A DNA stretch of 64,000 bases from Pyrinomonadaceae bacterium (GCA_046313635.1 JBKBYA010000001.1:64001-128000); one strand, 5' to 3'; shown: positions 33,305-43,609, counted from the first letter of the stretch. The notes: generated from the letters alone by a model not told the origin. Translations and numbers: made by a program.

Positions 33305-33853
33305 TCACCCTTGGACGTTTCGCTCGCCCGTGTCGATATCCAGATTTTTTACTCGCGCCGCGATCGATCTGAATTCGGCCAGCGGTTTTTCGAGCTTTAC
33401 GTTCAGGATGCTGCGTCGTGCGTTGAGCACCCAATCAAAGCTCCGGCCGATCTCGTCGAGCTCGGTCCGGCTCAATCTGAAGCTCTCTCGCAACAGTCGC
33501 TTTGCGCGATTGCGGTCGTGTGCCTTTGTGCCGATGGCCTTTTTGGTCGCCGTGATGCCGGCACGGTGCCGGCCCAGATCGTTGGGCAAAATAAAGACCG
33601 TCATAAAACGGCCCTCGAGACGCCTGCCTTGATCGTAAACGCGAAGAAACTCGGCGCGTTTCAGCAGCCGAGCTTCTTTCGGAAAATCAAATCTTAATAA
33701 TGGCTCGGCGTCAGGCGCTTGCGGCCCTTCGCGCGGCGGCGCTTGAGCACTGCCCGGCCGTTCTTGGTCGCCATCCTGGCCCTGAACCCGTGCTTTTTGG
33801 CGCGGCGGCGGTTGTTCGGTTGATATGTTCTCTTCGGCATAGTCGCTCTCCAT
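33305..33853 (-). CDS. rnpA: Ribonuclease P protein component; the only canonical start retaining the N-terminal motif lies upstream of rpmH
   Basis: '[13 protein letters not shown]', '[10 protein letters not shown]', '[10 protein letters not shown]' RNR motif; start uncertain. Confidence 0.85.
   Translation of the reverse strand: MESDYAEENISTEQPPPRQKARVQGQDGDQERPGSAQAPPREGPQAPDAEPLLRFDFPKEARLLKRAEFLRVYDQGRRLEGRFMTVFILPNDLGRHRAGITATKKAIGTKAHDRNRAKRLLRESFRLSRTELDEIGRSFDWVLNARRSILNVKLEKPLAEFRSIAARVKNLDIDTGERNVQG
33694..33840 (-). CDS. rpmH: 50S ribosomal protein L34 (not in the ORF track)
   Basis: Translates [56 protein letters not shown]. Confidence 0.97.
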   Translation of the reverse strand: MPKRTYQPNNRRRAKKHGFRARMATKNGRAVLKRRRAKGRKRLTPSHY

Positions 33854-33882
33854 CAAATTTCACTGGTGAAGTGAAAACTTAG

Positions 33883-33911
33883 AGTCTAGGCATACAGGGC
33901 GTTTTTGTCAA
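33883..33911 (-). promoter_or_regulatory. Sigma70 promoter of the rpmH operon
   Basis: TTGACA-17 bp-TAGACT on the minus strand. Confidence 0.8.
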
Positions 33912-33930
33912 AGAAACACCGCCCAAGCCG

Positions 33931-33990
33931 CTCAAAGATCAAGGTTGGTTCCAATTTCAACTTTGAACTTTGAACATCGAACTTTGAACT
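33931..33990. repeat. TCAAAG/ACTTTGA heptamer cassette overlapping the purN 3' end
   Basis: ctcaaagatcaagg ... aactttgaactttgaacatcgaactttgaact; encodes the C-terminal VQSSMFKVQS. Confidence 0.7.
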
Positions 33991-34538
33991 CGCTTGATCG
34001 CGTCGACATAGGCCTGATGCTCCTCTTCGAGGATGCGCGCCGACAGCGTTTCGGGCGTGTCGTCGTCGCTTACCTCGACCGCTCGCTGCAGGATGATGGC
34101 TCCGCTGTCCAGACCTTCGTCGACGAAATGGACCGTGCAGCCAGAGATCTTGACGCCGTGAACGATCGCCTGTTTTTGCGCGTCGAGACCCGGAAAAGCC
34201 GGCAAAAGGCTTGGGTGAATATTAATGATGCGGTCCTCGAAGGCCCGAATGAATCCCGGCGACAGCAGACGCATATAGCCGGCGAGGCAGACCAGCTCGA
34301 CGCCGCGGCTTTGCAGCTCGGCGATGATCTCGGCGTCGTGCTCTTCGCGCGTGCGGCCGCGTCGCTCGATCACGACTGTCTCGACGTCTCGCTCGCGGGC
34401 CTTTTCGAGCCCGGCCGCGTTCGGCTTGTCGCTGATCACGACCGCGACCTCCGAATGCGGGATCTCGCCGCTCTGAACCGCGTCGACGATCGCGACCATA
34501 TTCGAGCCGCGGCCCGAGATGAGAATGCCGATCTTCAT
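33957..34538 (-). CDS. purN: Phosphoribosylglycinamide formyltransferase
   Basis: ISGRGSN, LAGYMRLL, NIHPSLLP, GCTVHFVD..DSG. Confidence 0.96.
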   Translation of the reverse strand: MKIGILISGRGSNMVAIVDAVQSGEIPHSEVAVVISDKPNAAGLEKARERDVETVVIERRGRTREEHDAEIIAELQSRGVELVCLAGYMRLLSPGFIRAFEDRIINIHPSLLPAFPGLDAQKQAIVHGVKISGCTVHFVDEGLDSGAIILQRAVEVSDDDTPETLSARILEEEHQAYVDAIKRVQSSMFKVQS

Positions 34539-34539
34539 C

Positions 34540-35685
34540 CTAGAAAAACTTGAGCACCTCGTACGAGCTCGCGTCAAAGATGACGTCCGAGAGCTTTGGC
34601 TTTTGCACGTACTCGACCGAGGTTAGCTTGACCGGCTCGGCGACCCGAGTCGTGCCTACCTGAAAGCCGGGCAGCGTCGTCTCGGCGATCACCCAATTCT
34701 TTTGGTCCCAGGTAAAGTCGAGCCCGTTCTCGTTCGTAAATTCGCCCTGCGGCACCGCGACCGTGATGTGCCGCGGGCAGTAGAGCAAAATGTACTCCTC
34801 ACCGATCTGCTCAAGCAGCGACGCGAGCAGGATCGTCTTGTTGCTGCAGTCGCCCGAGCGCGTCATCAGCGTCTCGCTGGCTCGCTTGAGCGTCTCGCGC
34901 GAGCCGACCGCCTCCGAGTAGTCGTAGCGGATCTCGGCCGAGACAAAATCGACGAGCCGCTGAATGCGCTCCTCGCGCGACGGGCCGACGTCTTTGAGCA
35001 ACTGGTCGACAAGCCGCTTGAGCGACGGCTCTTCGGGCTTGGCGACCATGATCGCGTGGTTGGCAAAGACGATCTGGGGCTTTTCGCTTCGCTCCGGCGC
35101 ACGCGTGATCAGCTTGCCGCCGTAGACCTGCGAGTTATTGATAAAGCCGTTCATCTCGCCGAGGCTCAGCGAGTAGTTGACCGTGCTGAAGGGAAACGTC
35201 AGCACCTGCTCGGCGTCGATGCGTACGTTGTCGAGCTTTGATTTGACGAAGTAGTGATTCTCCGGCGTCTGCCAAAAGCTGTAGTCGCCGACCTCGATCT
35301 TCTCTTTTCCTTTCTGGCCGAACTCGACCTTCTCGCGATCGAAAAAATAGCTCGCGACAAAATCGTCAAACGCCTTTTCGTCGCCTTCCGGATAAGAGAA
35401 GTAGACGTCCTTTTTGCTGATCACAAACTTGACGATGTTTGCTTTGCCAATGAGCTGCCGACGAAACTCCTCGCCCGAGAACCCGGGCAGAGCGAGCATC
35501 AGCACCGCATTGTCGCGAATGTCGGCCGCGAGCACCTCGTCGCGCGTCTTCTCGACCGGCTTGCTCAGCCAGTACAGCGTGAAGCCGCTGCCGGCGAGGA
35601 TCACAAACGCGATGAACGCGATCAAAGCGGTCCTGCCGCCGGAACCAGACTTAGTTTCCGAATCAAAAATACTTCCTGAAGGCAT
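34540..35685 (-). CDS. Membrane-anchored transglutaminase-like domain protein
   Basis: N-terminal TM; 'ETLMTRSGDCSNKTILLASLL', 'HITVAV', 'AETT'. Confidence 0.75.
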   Translation of the reverse strand: MPSGSIFDSETKSGSGGRTALIAFIAFVILAGSGFTLYWLSKPVEKTRDEVLAADIRDNAVLMLALPGFSGEEFRRQLIGKANIVKFVISKKDVYFSYPEGDEKAFDDFVASYFFDREKVEFGQKGKEKIEVGDYSFWQTPENHYFVKSKLDNVRIDAEQVLTFPFSTVNYSLSLGEMNGFINNSQVYGGKLITRAPERSEKPQIVFANHAIMVAKPEEPSLKRLVDQLLKDVGPSREERIQRLVDFVSAEIRYDYSEAVGSRETLKRASETLMTRSGDCSNKTILLASLLEQIGEEYILLYCPRHITVAVPQGEFTNENGLDFTWDQKNWVIAETTLPGFQVGTTRVAEPVKLTSVEYVQKPKLSDVIFDASSYEVLKFF

Positions 35686-35738
35686 ATGTGGGCGTGATGA
35701 GCTTAGATTTGCGCAAGAACTATAGCAGAATCCCCCGT

Positions 35739-36761
35739 TCAAACGATCGCAACCTGCTTGCCCCCCGCAGTGACGCGGCCGATCTCGCGGGCGTCGGCGA
35801 TCGACGACAGCAGATGATCCTTATCGGCCTGACTGCAGATGACGATCATCCCGATGCCCATATTGAATGTGCGGAACATCTCTTGCTCCTCGACATTGCC
35901 GAGCCGCTGCATCACGCCGAAGATCGGCAGCTCGGGCCACGAGCCGCGCTTTATCTCGACCGCGACGCCTTCCGGAAGGATGCGTGGGATGTTCTCGAGA
36001 AATCCGCCGCCGGTGATGTGAGCGAGGCCTTTGATCTTGCCCGAGTCGAGCAGCGGCGAGAGCTGCGGCAAGAAGCTTGAATGCGTGGCGAGCAGAGCAT
36101 CGCCGATGGTTGTGCCGAGCTCGTCGAGATGCGTATCGGCCGTGTAGCCGCCGACCTCGAAAAAGAGCTTTCGCGCGAGCGAATAGCCGTTTGTCTGCAG
36201 TCCGGTCGACGGCAGACCGAGCACGACGTCGCCGGGCTCGATCGACTTGCCGTCGATCACTTTCGGTCTGTCGACGACGCCGACGATGAAGCCCGCGAGA
36301 TCGTACTCGCCCGGTGGGTAAAAGTCAGGCATCTCGGCCGTCTCGCCGCCGAGCAGCACGCAGCCGTTCTCGCGGCACGCGCGGGCCATGCCTTCGACGA
36401 CCGAGGCGGTCACATCGGGCTCGAGCCTTCCGGTCGCGAAATAATCGAGAAAGAAGAGCGGCCGCGCGCCCTGCACGAGAATGTCGTTGACGCAGTGATT
36501 GACCAGATCGGCGCCGACCGTCGAATGCACGCCCGTCTCAAAGGCGAGCTTCAGCTTTGTCCCGACGCCGTCCGCCGACGCGACCAGGATCGGGTCCGAC
36601 ATCTGCGGAAACGCTCCCGAAAACATCCCGCCAAAGCTGCCGATCTCGGTCAGCGTCCGGTCGTTGAATGTCGAGCGGGCAAACTCGCGGATCTTTGCGA
36701 CGGCCTCGTTCGCCTTGTCGATTGAAACGCCTGCGTCGGCGTATGAGATGGATCTCGTCAT
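35739..36761 (-). CDS. purM: Phosphoribosylformylglycinamidine cyclo-ligase
   Basis: YADAGV, DGVGTK, GGETAEMP, HITGGG, TFNMGIG. Confidence 0.97.
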   Translation of the reverse strand: MTRSISYADAGVSIDKANEAVAKIREFARSTFNDRTLTEIGSFGGMFSGAFPQMSDPILVASADGVGTKLKLAFETGVHSTVGADLVNHCVNDILVQGARPLFFLDYFATGRLEPDVTASVVEGMARACRENGCVLLGGETAEMPDFYPPGEYDLAGFIVGVVDRPKVIDGKSIEPGDVVLGLPSTGLQTNGYSLARKLFFEVGGYTADTHLDELGTTIGDALLATHSSFLPQLSPLLDSGKIKGLAHITGGGFLENIPRILPEGVAVEIKRGSWPELPIFGVMQRLGNVEEQEMFRTFNMGIGMIVICSQADKDHLLSSIADAREIGRVTAGGKQVAIV

Positions 36762-36787
36762 AAACTAACTTTACGTCAGATTGCCTG

Positions 36788-37573
36788 TCAGGCGAGAACG
36801 GCGTCGACCGACGCCCCGCGGCGTACGATCCCGAACTCTCGCAGAAGTATCTCGTCGAATTCGGCTTCGGACGCGACGGGCGTCTCGACCTTCGCGTCGC
36901 CGGTGGTCACGATATATTTCAAATCGGTCAGCGTCTTACGGCCGCCCGGCGTCAGCAGCGAGCAGACCTTCCGCTGCATAAAATGAGACTCGGGCGATGT
37001 CTGGTGCCAATCGCAGCGAGCAGCGAATTCTGCAAGATCATGGCCGATCGGTCTGAAGATATACTCGCTCTTCCATTCGCCCGATTCCATTTTGGCGACT
37101 TCGAAATAGCCCTCGTCGAAGCGGCGAATGACAAACGTCCCGGCCTCGTCCGTCTGCTCCACGTCGGCCGCCACCTGCAGCGGCTCGACCGTAAAGGCGC
37201 CGAAGCCGACGTCCGCCAGATACTGCATCTCGCCGATCATCACGAGTATCGCGAGATGATCGTATTCGGGACTAAACCCGCCGCTGCCGTCAGACACTCT
37301 CGCCGACAGGAGCCGGGTCTCAAATCCAAATTCGAGAAGCAGCTCGTTAAAGAGGCCGTTAAGCTCGTAACAGAATCCGCCCCGACGCTCGACGACGATC
37401 TTTTGATAAAACCTCTCAAGATCGATCGTGATCCGGCGGTGCCAGTGAATGTCCAGATTCTCAAAGGGCACGTTCAGCAGTTGCCGCCGCTGGAGCAGCC
37501 GGAGCCCGGCGATGTCGGTCGATACCTCCGACAGGACGGTTGCAATGCGCGATAGATACTCTTCTGCGTTCAT
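36788..37573 (-). CDS. Arylamine N-acetyltransferase
   Basis: VPFENL, RRGGFCYELN, HL, DVGFG catalytic triad motifs. Confidence 0.92.
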   Translation of the reverse strand: MNAEEYLSRIATVLSEVSTDIAGLRLLQRRQLLNVPFENLDIHWHRRITIDLERFYQKIVVERRGGFCYELNGLFNELLLEFGFETRLLSARVSDGSGGFSPEYDHLAILVMIGEMQYLADVGFGAFTVEPLQVAADVEQTDEAGTFVIRRFDEGYFEVAKMESGEWKSEYIFRPIGHDLAEFAARCDWHQTSPESHFMQRKVCSLLTPGGRKTLTDLKYIVTTGDAKVETPVASEAEFDEILLREFGIVRRGASVDAVLA

Positions 37574-37703
37574 AACATCCAACGCGTTTTTGCCGGGGCG
37601 CGCCCGATCATTTTACCGCGCCGCGGCGCCGGGACGCTCGTCGGCGCGACCTCATTGACTTGCTTTGCAGCGAGCGTTTAGCATTTTTGTCGAGGGAAAG
37701 GAT

Positions 37704-38087
37704 ATGAGCTTCACTCTTGTCGATATGGGCTCGGAGAATTTCGAGTTCTCGACGAACGTATGGCACTGGCGCGCGGCACTCGAGATAATCCGCGATCTCG
37801 ACATCCTGAGCGAGAGCCTCGTCAGACAGATGGGTTACAACGCGATGGGCTCAAAACTCTCGCTCGAGGACGCACACCTGCTCGGCGAAAAGATCCGCGA
37901 CACGGTGCTGCCAAAGCTCGGCCCCGGCAAGCGTATCTTTTCGGACGGCACGGTCACCGACGAGCCCGACGATATGACGCTCTACAAGGACGAGGACGAG
38001 CAGTGGAAGAATTACAGCGTCTCTTACGAATGGCTCAAAGACTTTTCGGATTTTTGCCTGCGGTCAAAAGGCTTTCAGGTCTTCTAG
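37704..38087 (+). CDS. Hypothetical protein
   Basis: Clean ORF with SD-like GGAAAGGA; ends FCLRSKGFQVF. Confidence 0.7.
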   Translation: MSFTLVDMGSENFEFSTNVWHWRAALEIIRDLDILSESLVRQMGYNAMGSKLSLEDAHLLGEKIRDTVLPKLGPGKRIFSDGTVTDEPDDMTLYKDEDEQWKNYSVSYEWLKDFSDFCLRSKGFQVF

Positions 38088-38179
38088 TCTGCGACTAAGA
38101 ATGCAGATCCGCGGTCGAACGCATCTTTCGCCTTCTTGGTCTGCCCACCGCCGGCTGCCGGCTGCCGCCAACTGACGCC

Positions 38180-39805
38180 ATGCTTCTCTTGCAGGACATC
38201 GCCGGTTCCGCCGCTCCCTTTCTCAAGAACATCTGGGTCCAGATCGCGCTGCTGATAGTTTTCGCGACGCTGCACGGCTACGCTGGAGCGTGGCTCGCCG
38301 TGCGTATGCTCTTCAGGCCGCGGCGGCCGGTGAGGCTCTTTGGGCTGACGGTCTTTCCGCAGGGAATGATCCCGCGTCACCGCGATCGCCTCGCGAACGC
38401 GATCGGCAAGGCCGTCGGCGAGGAACTCGTCTCGCACGACACGATACTCGAGCAGCTCACCGCAAATGACTTTTTGCGCAAGCGCGTCCAGGGCGTGATC
38501 GACTCTTACACCGACGAGCTTCTCTCGCAGAATTTCCCTTCGCTCATCGACGCGCTTCCGCGGCACGTGCGCGAGCCGGTGCTCGACGCGATCTCAGCGC
38601 TGCAGCGGCGCATCGCCGAGCACATCGACGATGTTTTGAAGAGCGAAGAGTCGCTTCGCTCGATCACCGGCTTTGTCGAGCAGCGCGTTGACGAGGCTCT
38701 CTCGCGGCGCGTGTCGAGCATCGTCGACGATGAGATGTTCGATCAGATAGCGCGGTTCATCGACGAGCGAGTCGAGGGAGCGGTCACCTCGCCTGTGCTC
38801 GAGCAGAAGATCGCCGACTTCATCGACCGACGCGTCGACGATCTCGCCAAGGCCGAGACCTCGCTTGGCGCGATGTTCACGTCCGACGCCGTCGCGCTGC
38901 TCAAAGAAAAGGCCTCCGACCAGATCTCGCCCGTCACGCATCACCTGACCGAGATCGCCGCCGCCGAACGCACCCGCAGCCAGATCGGTGCGCTCATCAA
39001 GCGCGAAGTTCACGAGTATTACGAGAATCTGCCATTCTTCAAAAAGATCTTTGTCTCTCGCGAGAATCTGCTCCGCGAGGTCGACACGCTCGTCAACGAG
39101 AGCCTGCCGCGTCGGATCGAGGAGACGCTCAAAGGAGATTTTTTTGCCGGCGAAGCGCGCGACTTTATCGACAAGAGCATCGACAACGCTCTCTCGCGGC
39201 CGTTGCAGGAATTGATCGGCAAGATAGACCCCGACCAGCTCGCGCGTCTCAAGGCGCAGATGGCGCGCGGCGTGCTGTCGGTCGTTCGGGGCGAGGAGAT
39301 GCGGCGCTCGATCGCGGCGTACATCACCGAAACGATCCAGACGCTGCGCCCGCACAGCATCGATTCGATCATGCGGCGGCTGCATCCCGAGGCGGAAGAG
39401 AAACTCAAATCCACCCTCGCCAAAGGCCTCGTCTCGATACTCTCGCGCGACGACACGTCAAAGATGATCAACGACATGCTCTCGCGGCAGATCGACCGGC
39501 TGCTGTCGGCTCCGATCGGCCGCGTCGGCGATCAATTTCCGGAGGACAAGGTACGTGAGGCGAGCCGCGCGGTGACCGAGGCGATCGTCTCCGCCGTCCA
39601 CGCCAAGCTGCCCGACGCGGTCCGCGAATTCAACGTCGGAGCCGTCGTCCGCGAAAAGATCAACAACTATCCCGAAGAGAAGCTCGAAGCGCTCGTCCTC
39701 TCGGTCGCCAAAGAGCATCTGCGCACGATCGAGTTTTTCGGCGCGCTGTTTGGTCTCTTTATCGGCATCCTGCAGGCAATTCAGTTCTACATCTACGCAA
39801 GATAG
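38180..39805 (+). CDS. DUF445 family membrane protein
   Basis: 'WLAVRMLFRP', 'QGMIP', C-terminal 'HLRTIEFFGALFG'. Confidence 0.85.
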   Translation: MLLLQDIAGSAAPFLKNIWVQIALLIVFATLHGYAGAWLAVRMLFRPRRPVRLFGLTVFPQGMIPRHRDRLANAIGKAVGEELVSHDTILEQLTANDFLRKRVQGVIDSYTDELLSQNFPSLIDALPRHVREPVLDAISALQRRIAEHIDDVLKSEESLRSITGFVEQRVDEALSRRVSSIVDDEMFDQIARFIDERVEGAVTSPVLEQKIADFIDRRVDDLAKAETSLGAMFTSDAVALLKEKASDQISPVTHHLTEIAAAERTRSQIGALIKREVHEYYENLPFFKKIFVSRENLLREVDTLVNESLPRRIEETLKGDFFAGEARDFIDKSIDNALSRPLQELIGKIDPDQLARLKAQMARGVLSVVRGEEMRRSIAAYITETIQTLRPHSIDSIMRRLHPEAEEKLKSTLAKGLVSILSRDDTSKMINDMLSRQIDRLLSAPIGRVGDQFPEDKVREASRAVTEAIVSAVHAKLPDAVREFNVGAVVREKINNYPEEKLEALVLSVAKEHLRTIEFFGALFGLFIGILQAIQFYIYAR

Positions 39806-40032
39806 ATCGGCCGGCAGACGGTCTGCGGCGGCAAGCAAAGATATTCTGCAAGTCGTGCCGGCGAGAGCGTTCCAGCGTTCGCAGTGCAGCTAATACGGCT
39901 TGAGCCAAACGCTTAATGCGGATCTCGTTCGTAGAAGTTGACGGCTGCGTAACGATATGGGCGGGAGCGGACGTCGACGGATCACGGCTGCTCGAGAAAG
40001 ACCGCGAAACGATCCGGCAAAATGGAAAAACA

Positions 40033-40347
40033 ATGAGAAGACAAATTCTGCTTTCGACAGTTCTGGCCGTTTCGGCCGCAAGCCTCGCCGTCGCATGCTC
40101 AGGCTCGAACGGCACGACCAACACGACCAAGCCCAACGTCAATTCGACACCGGCCGCGACGACGACCGTTCCCGCAGCATCGCCGGCGACGACCGCGACG
40201 CCGTCGGCCGCGGTGTCACCGGCCGCATCGGCAAGCCCGGTCAACAAGTCCGCTCAACCTGCCGCTCCGGCGACGCCCGAAAAAGAAAGGGGCGACAGCA
40301 AGGGCATGGAAAAGAAGACAGCAACGCCGACGCCTGAAAAGAAATAG
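40033..40347 (+). CDS. Low-complexity Pro/Ala/Thr-rich lipoprotein
   Basis: Lipobox LAVAC; followed by a hairpin terminator. Confidence 0.7.
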   Translation: MRRQILLSTVLAVSAASLAVACSGSNGTTNTTKPNVNSTPAATTTVPAASPATTATPSAAVSPAASASPVNKSAQPAAPATPEKERGDSKGMEKKTATPTPEKK

Positions 40348-40362
40348 CCGGCGCGTATGGAC

Positions 40363-40395
40363 AAAGGAGCGTTTCCGAGAAGGAGACGCTCCTTT
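40363..40395 (+). terminator. Rho-independent terminator
   Basis: AAAGGAGCGTTTCC-GAGAA-GGAGACGCTCCTTT. Confidence 0.7.
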
Positions 40396-40495
40396 CGCTT
40401 GTCTTGACGTCAGGATCGATCGCCAATTTTTGCTCGAACTTTTGATCGGCACCGAGCGTTGTCTGCTTCTGGCGATCATTCTCCGGAGGAATCAA

Positions 40496-41197
40496 ATGAA
40501 AAAGGTCGGACTAATCATCTTCGCGGCGGCGCTCGTTTCGGGCGTGGTGCTCGCGAACGCGTTTTCATTCGGACGTTCAGACTTCCGCGTTTTCGATCTC
40601 AAGCTTAAATTCGGCGGCGTCAAAGGCTCGGGCAATGTCGTGACCGAGAAGCGCGGCGTTTCTGACTTCAGCAAGATAGTTGTCGGCGGCGTATTTAACG
40701 TCGAGATCGTCGCGGGCCGGGAGTACTCGGTCGAGGTCACCGCTGACGACAATCTGCTGCCCTACATCGAGACCGAGACGCACGGCGACACGCTCGACAT
40801 ACGCCTTACAAAGCGCGTCTCGCGACACAGCGAGCTCAAGGTCAAGATCACCGCTCCGGTCATCGACGGCGTCGAGTCGGGCGGAGCGTCGAGGATCGAC
40901 GTCTCGGGCGTCACCGGCGACACGTTCGATCTCGATACCAGCGGCGCGTCCAGGGTAACGCTCCGTGGCGATGTCAATAACGCGGTCATCAGGGCAAGCG
41001 GAGCCGGCAGCGTAGACGCGGGAGACCTCAGAGCGGCCAATGCCGATGTCGACGCTTCAGGCGCTGCCAAGGTGGCGGTCAACGTCTCGGGTCATCTCAA
41101 GGCCGACGCGTCCGGCGCCAGCCGCATTTCGTACCGCGGCTCTCCCGCCAGCGTCGAGCGGCACACGTCGGGCGCCGGCTCGGTCGACCAGAGGTGA
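40496..41197 (+). CDS. DUF2807 (head GIN domain) beta-helix protein
   Basis: 'GSGNVVTEKR..FSKI', 'ADDNLLPYIET', repeated SGAS. Confidence 0.85.
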   Translation: MKKVGLIIFAAALVSGVVLANAFSFGRSDFRVFDLKLKFGGVKGSGNVVTEKRGVSDFSKIVVGGVFNVEIVAGREYSVEVTADDNLLPYIETETHGDTLDIRLTKRVSRHSELKVKITAPVIDGVESGGASRIDVSGVTGDTFDLDTSGASRVTLRGDVNNAVIRASGAGSVDAGDLRAANADVDASGAAKVAVNVSGHLKADASGASRISYRGSPASVERHTSGAGSVDQR

Positions 41198-41214
41198 CTT
41201 GATCGATCGCGGGC

Positions 41215-41628
41215 CTAGGTCTCGACCGCGAAGGTCCGCACGCCGGCGAGATAGCCTTCCTGATCGAGTCCGGCGATGAAGATATCCACACGGACGCGAC
41301 CGACACGATAAACTTTCAGCGAGGTCAGATATTCGTCGAGTGTCTCTTTGAGCCGAGCAAACCGCTCGGCTCGTTTCATTTCGATCTCGCCAAACCGATC
41401 CGCAATGAGCGTCCGCCGGGCAAAGAATTCGGCCGCGTCCTCGACGGCAATCGGCTCCGAGGCCGAACGTCCCGACATCCGCAGTATCTCGAGCCGTACG
41501 TCGGTGACCGGCTCGGCCGAAACAAACGGAACAAACTCGCTGTCGGTCTCGCTGATCATCACGAGCCCCGCCGCGGCGCGCGAAAGGTCTTTCAGCATCT
41601 GCTCTCGGGGTCGAGATCTTTGGTTCAC
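41215..41628 (-). CDS. Nuclease A inhibitor (NuiA)-like protein
   Basis: 'GLVMISETD', 'YRVG..VDIFIAG...LAGVRT.AVET' C-terminus; start uncertain (41628 or 41598). Confidence 0.75.
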   Translation of the reverse strand: MNQRSRPREQMLKDLSRAAAGLVMISETDSEFVPFVSAEPVTDVRLEILRMSGRSASEPIAVEDAAEFFARRTLIADRFGEIEMKRAERFARLKETLDEYLTSLKVYRVGRVRVDIFIAGLDQEGYLAGVRTFAVET

Positions 41629-41762
41629 GATTTTTTCACTTTTCGAGGCCGGTCCGACCGCCTCGTGAGGCTTCAAATAGTACCAAACTTGACGGCAAAC
41701 CACTGGTTTGAAAGGATGTTAATTATTTCTGAAGCAGGTGGTCGAGTCTGTGGATTTCCGGT

Positions 41763-41791
41763 TTGCAATCCCTATTTTTACGTGCTAGTCT
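41763..41791 (+). promoter_or_regulatory. Sigma70 promoter candidate for dnaA
   Basis: TTGCAA-17 bp-TAGTCT. Confidence 0.55.
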
Positions 41792-41870
41792 ATTGCTCCT
41801 TTTCCGGTTCACTAGGTTTCTAACCTGTTGAAAACAAACTGCTTAACACAACGCTTGATGTTTTAAGCAA

Positions 41871-41905
41871 GTTTCCACAGATGTGTGGAAATTTTTGTGG
41901 AAAAC
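41871..41905. promoter_or_regulatory. DnaA-box cluster upstream of dnaA
   Basis: GTTTCCACA, TGTGGAAAT and TGTGGAAAA within 35 bp. Confidence 0.75.
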
Positions 41906-42032
41906 ATTTAAGCGCTCGGTCCTGCGTCTCGTTCGCGAGCCAGATTTGCCTACGTTCTCGCAGACGTCGTCCAGACCGTTCAGTGCTTAAGGTTTTCATC
42001 CGGTCAAAAGGTTTTGCTTAAAGGTATCGGTG

Positions 42033-43577
42033 ATGATGAAGCACTCCTTTGAACTCACAACCGCGCCGTCCGAAAACGTCCTTGCCCTCGCCCCTAACGA
42101 CTTGTGGGAGCGTATGCTCGAGCTTCTCAGACAGCGCCTGAGCCAGCAGATCTTTGATAACTGGTTTTCGCAGATAAAATTTGTCGGACAGGACAACGAG
42201 CAGCAGACCGTAGGACTCGCGGGCGGTCCGATCGTCATCGAGTGGATCAAGAGCTACTACGGCGAGATGCTCGACCAGATGCTCACCGAGCTTGGCCTCA
42301 AAGGCTATCGCATTACATGGCAGACGAGCGAGGCCGAAGTCCCGGAGTCTGAGAACGAGTTTTCGCAGCCTGCCGGCGCGCTGTCGGACGCCGCGGACGA
42401 AGAATTGATCTTTACGCCCACGCGCCTGACCTCCTTCGGCGTCGAAAGCTCGCCGCCGGCGGCGGTCACGAGCGCGGCTGCGGCAGCCCCCGCCTTGTCG
42501 CCCAGCCCGCAGACGGCGGCCAAGGCGATCGATTTCTCGGGCGGCGACCCGATCGAGAGCTCGCTTAATCCGAAATACACTTTTGAAAAATTCGTCGTCG
42601 GCACCTGCAACCAATTTGCTCACGCGGCGGCCAAGGCGACGGCCGAGCTGCCGGGCAAGACGTACAATCCGCTTTTCATCTACGGCGGCGTCGGTCTCGG
42701 CAAGACGCATCTGATGCACGCCATCGGGCACTGCATCAAGCAGCAGGACCGTCACAAACGCGTCGCTTACATCACAAGCGAAAAATTCATGAACGAGCTG
42801 ATCAACGCGATTCGCTACGACCGCACGCAGGCCTTTCGCGACAAGTATCGGTCGATCGACGTGCTTTTGATGGACGACGTGCAGTTCATGGCGGGCAAGG
42901 AGCGCACGCAGGAGGAGTTCTTTCACACCTTCAACGCGCTGCACAACGGTCAGAAGCAGATCGTCATCTCGAGCGACTGTCCGCCGCGCGAGATCCCGAC
43001 CTTGGAAGAGAGACTTCACTCGCGGTTCGAATGGGGCCTGATCGCCGACATCGAGCCGCCCGATCTCGAAACAAAGGTCGCCATTCTCAAACGCAAGGCC
43101 GACCTCGACGGTATCTATCTTCCCGACGATATCGCCATCTTTATCGCCAGCAAGATCAAGAGCAATGTGCGCGAGCTCGAGGGATCGCTGGTGCGTCTGG
43201 TGGCGATCTCAAGCCTCCGCGGCGTTCCGATCTCGAAGATGCTGGCTCAGGATGCCCTTAAAAACATCATCGATGCGGAACGCCCCGAGGGGCTTACTAT
43301 CGAGCGGATCTCACGCACGGTCGCCTCGCACTATAAGATGACCGTCGACGAGCTCAAATCAAAAAACAACTCGCGAGCCGTAGCCTTTCCGCGGCAGGTC
43401 GCGATGTACCTGTGCAAGCGGCTGACAAAATCGAGCTTTCCCGAGATCGGCCGCGAGTTTGGCGGCAAGCATCACACGACCGTCATGCACTCGGTCGACA
43501 AGATCGAACAGCTGCAAAAGGAAGATCGCAATTTCCACAGAGTCATCAGCGAACTTATCGACAGTCTTTGCAGCTAG
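42033..43577 (+). CDS. dnaA: Chromosomal replication initiator DnaA
   Basis: LNPKYTF, YNPLFIYGGVGLGKTHL, DDVQF, SRFEWGL, PRQVAMYL, GGKHHTTV. Confidence 0.98.
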   Translation: MMKHSFELTTAPSENVLALAPNDLWERMLELLRQRLSQQIFDNWFSQIKFVGQDNEQQTVGLAGGPIVIEWIKSYYGEMLDQMLTELGLKGYRITWQTSEAEVPESENEFSQPAGALSDAADEELIFTPTRLTSFGVESSPPAAVTSAAAAAPALSPSPQTAAKAIDFSGGDPIESSLNPKYTFEKFVVGTCNQFAHAAAKATAELPGKTYNPLFIYGGVGLGKTHLMHAIGHCIKQQDRHKRVAYITSEKFMNELINAIRYDRTQAFRDKYRSIDVLLMDDVQFMAGKERTQEEFFHTFNALHNGQKQIVISSDCPPREIPTLEERLHSRFEWGLIADIEPPDLETKVAILKRKADLDGIYLPDDIAIFIASKIKSNVRELEGSLVRLVAISSLRGVPISKMLAQDALKNIIDAERPEGLTIERISRTVASHYKMTVDELKSKNNSRAVAFPRQVAMYLCKRLTKSSFPEIGREFGGKHHTTVMHSVDKIEQLQKEDRNFHRVISELIDSLCS

Positions 43578-43609
43578 TTACGCCGCGGCCTCAGATGCTG
43601 GCGGTGAGA

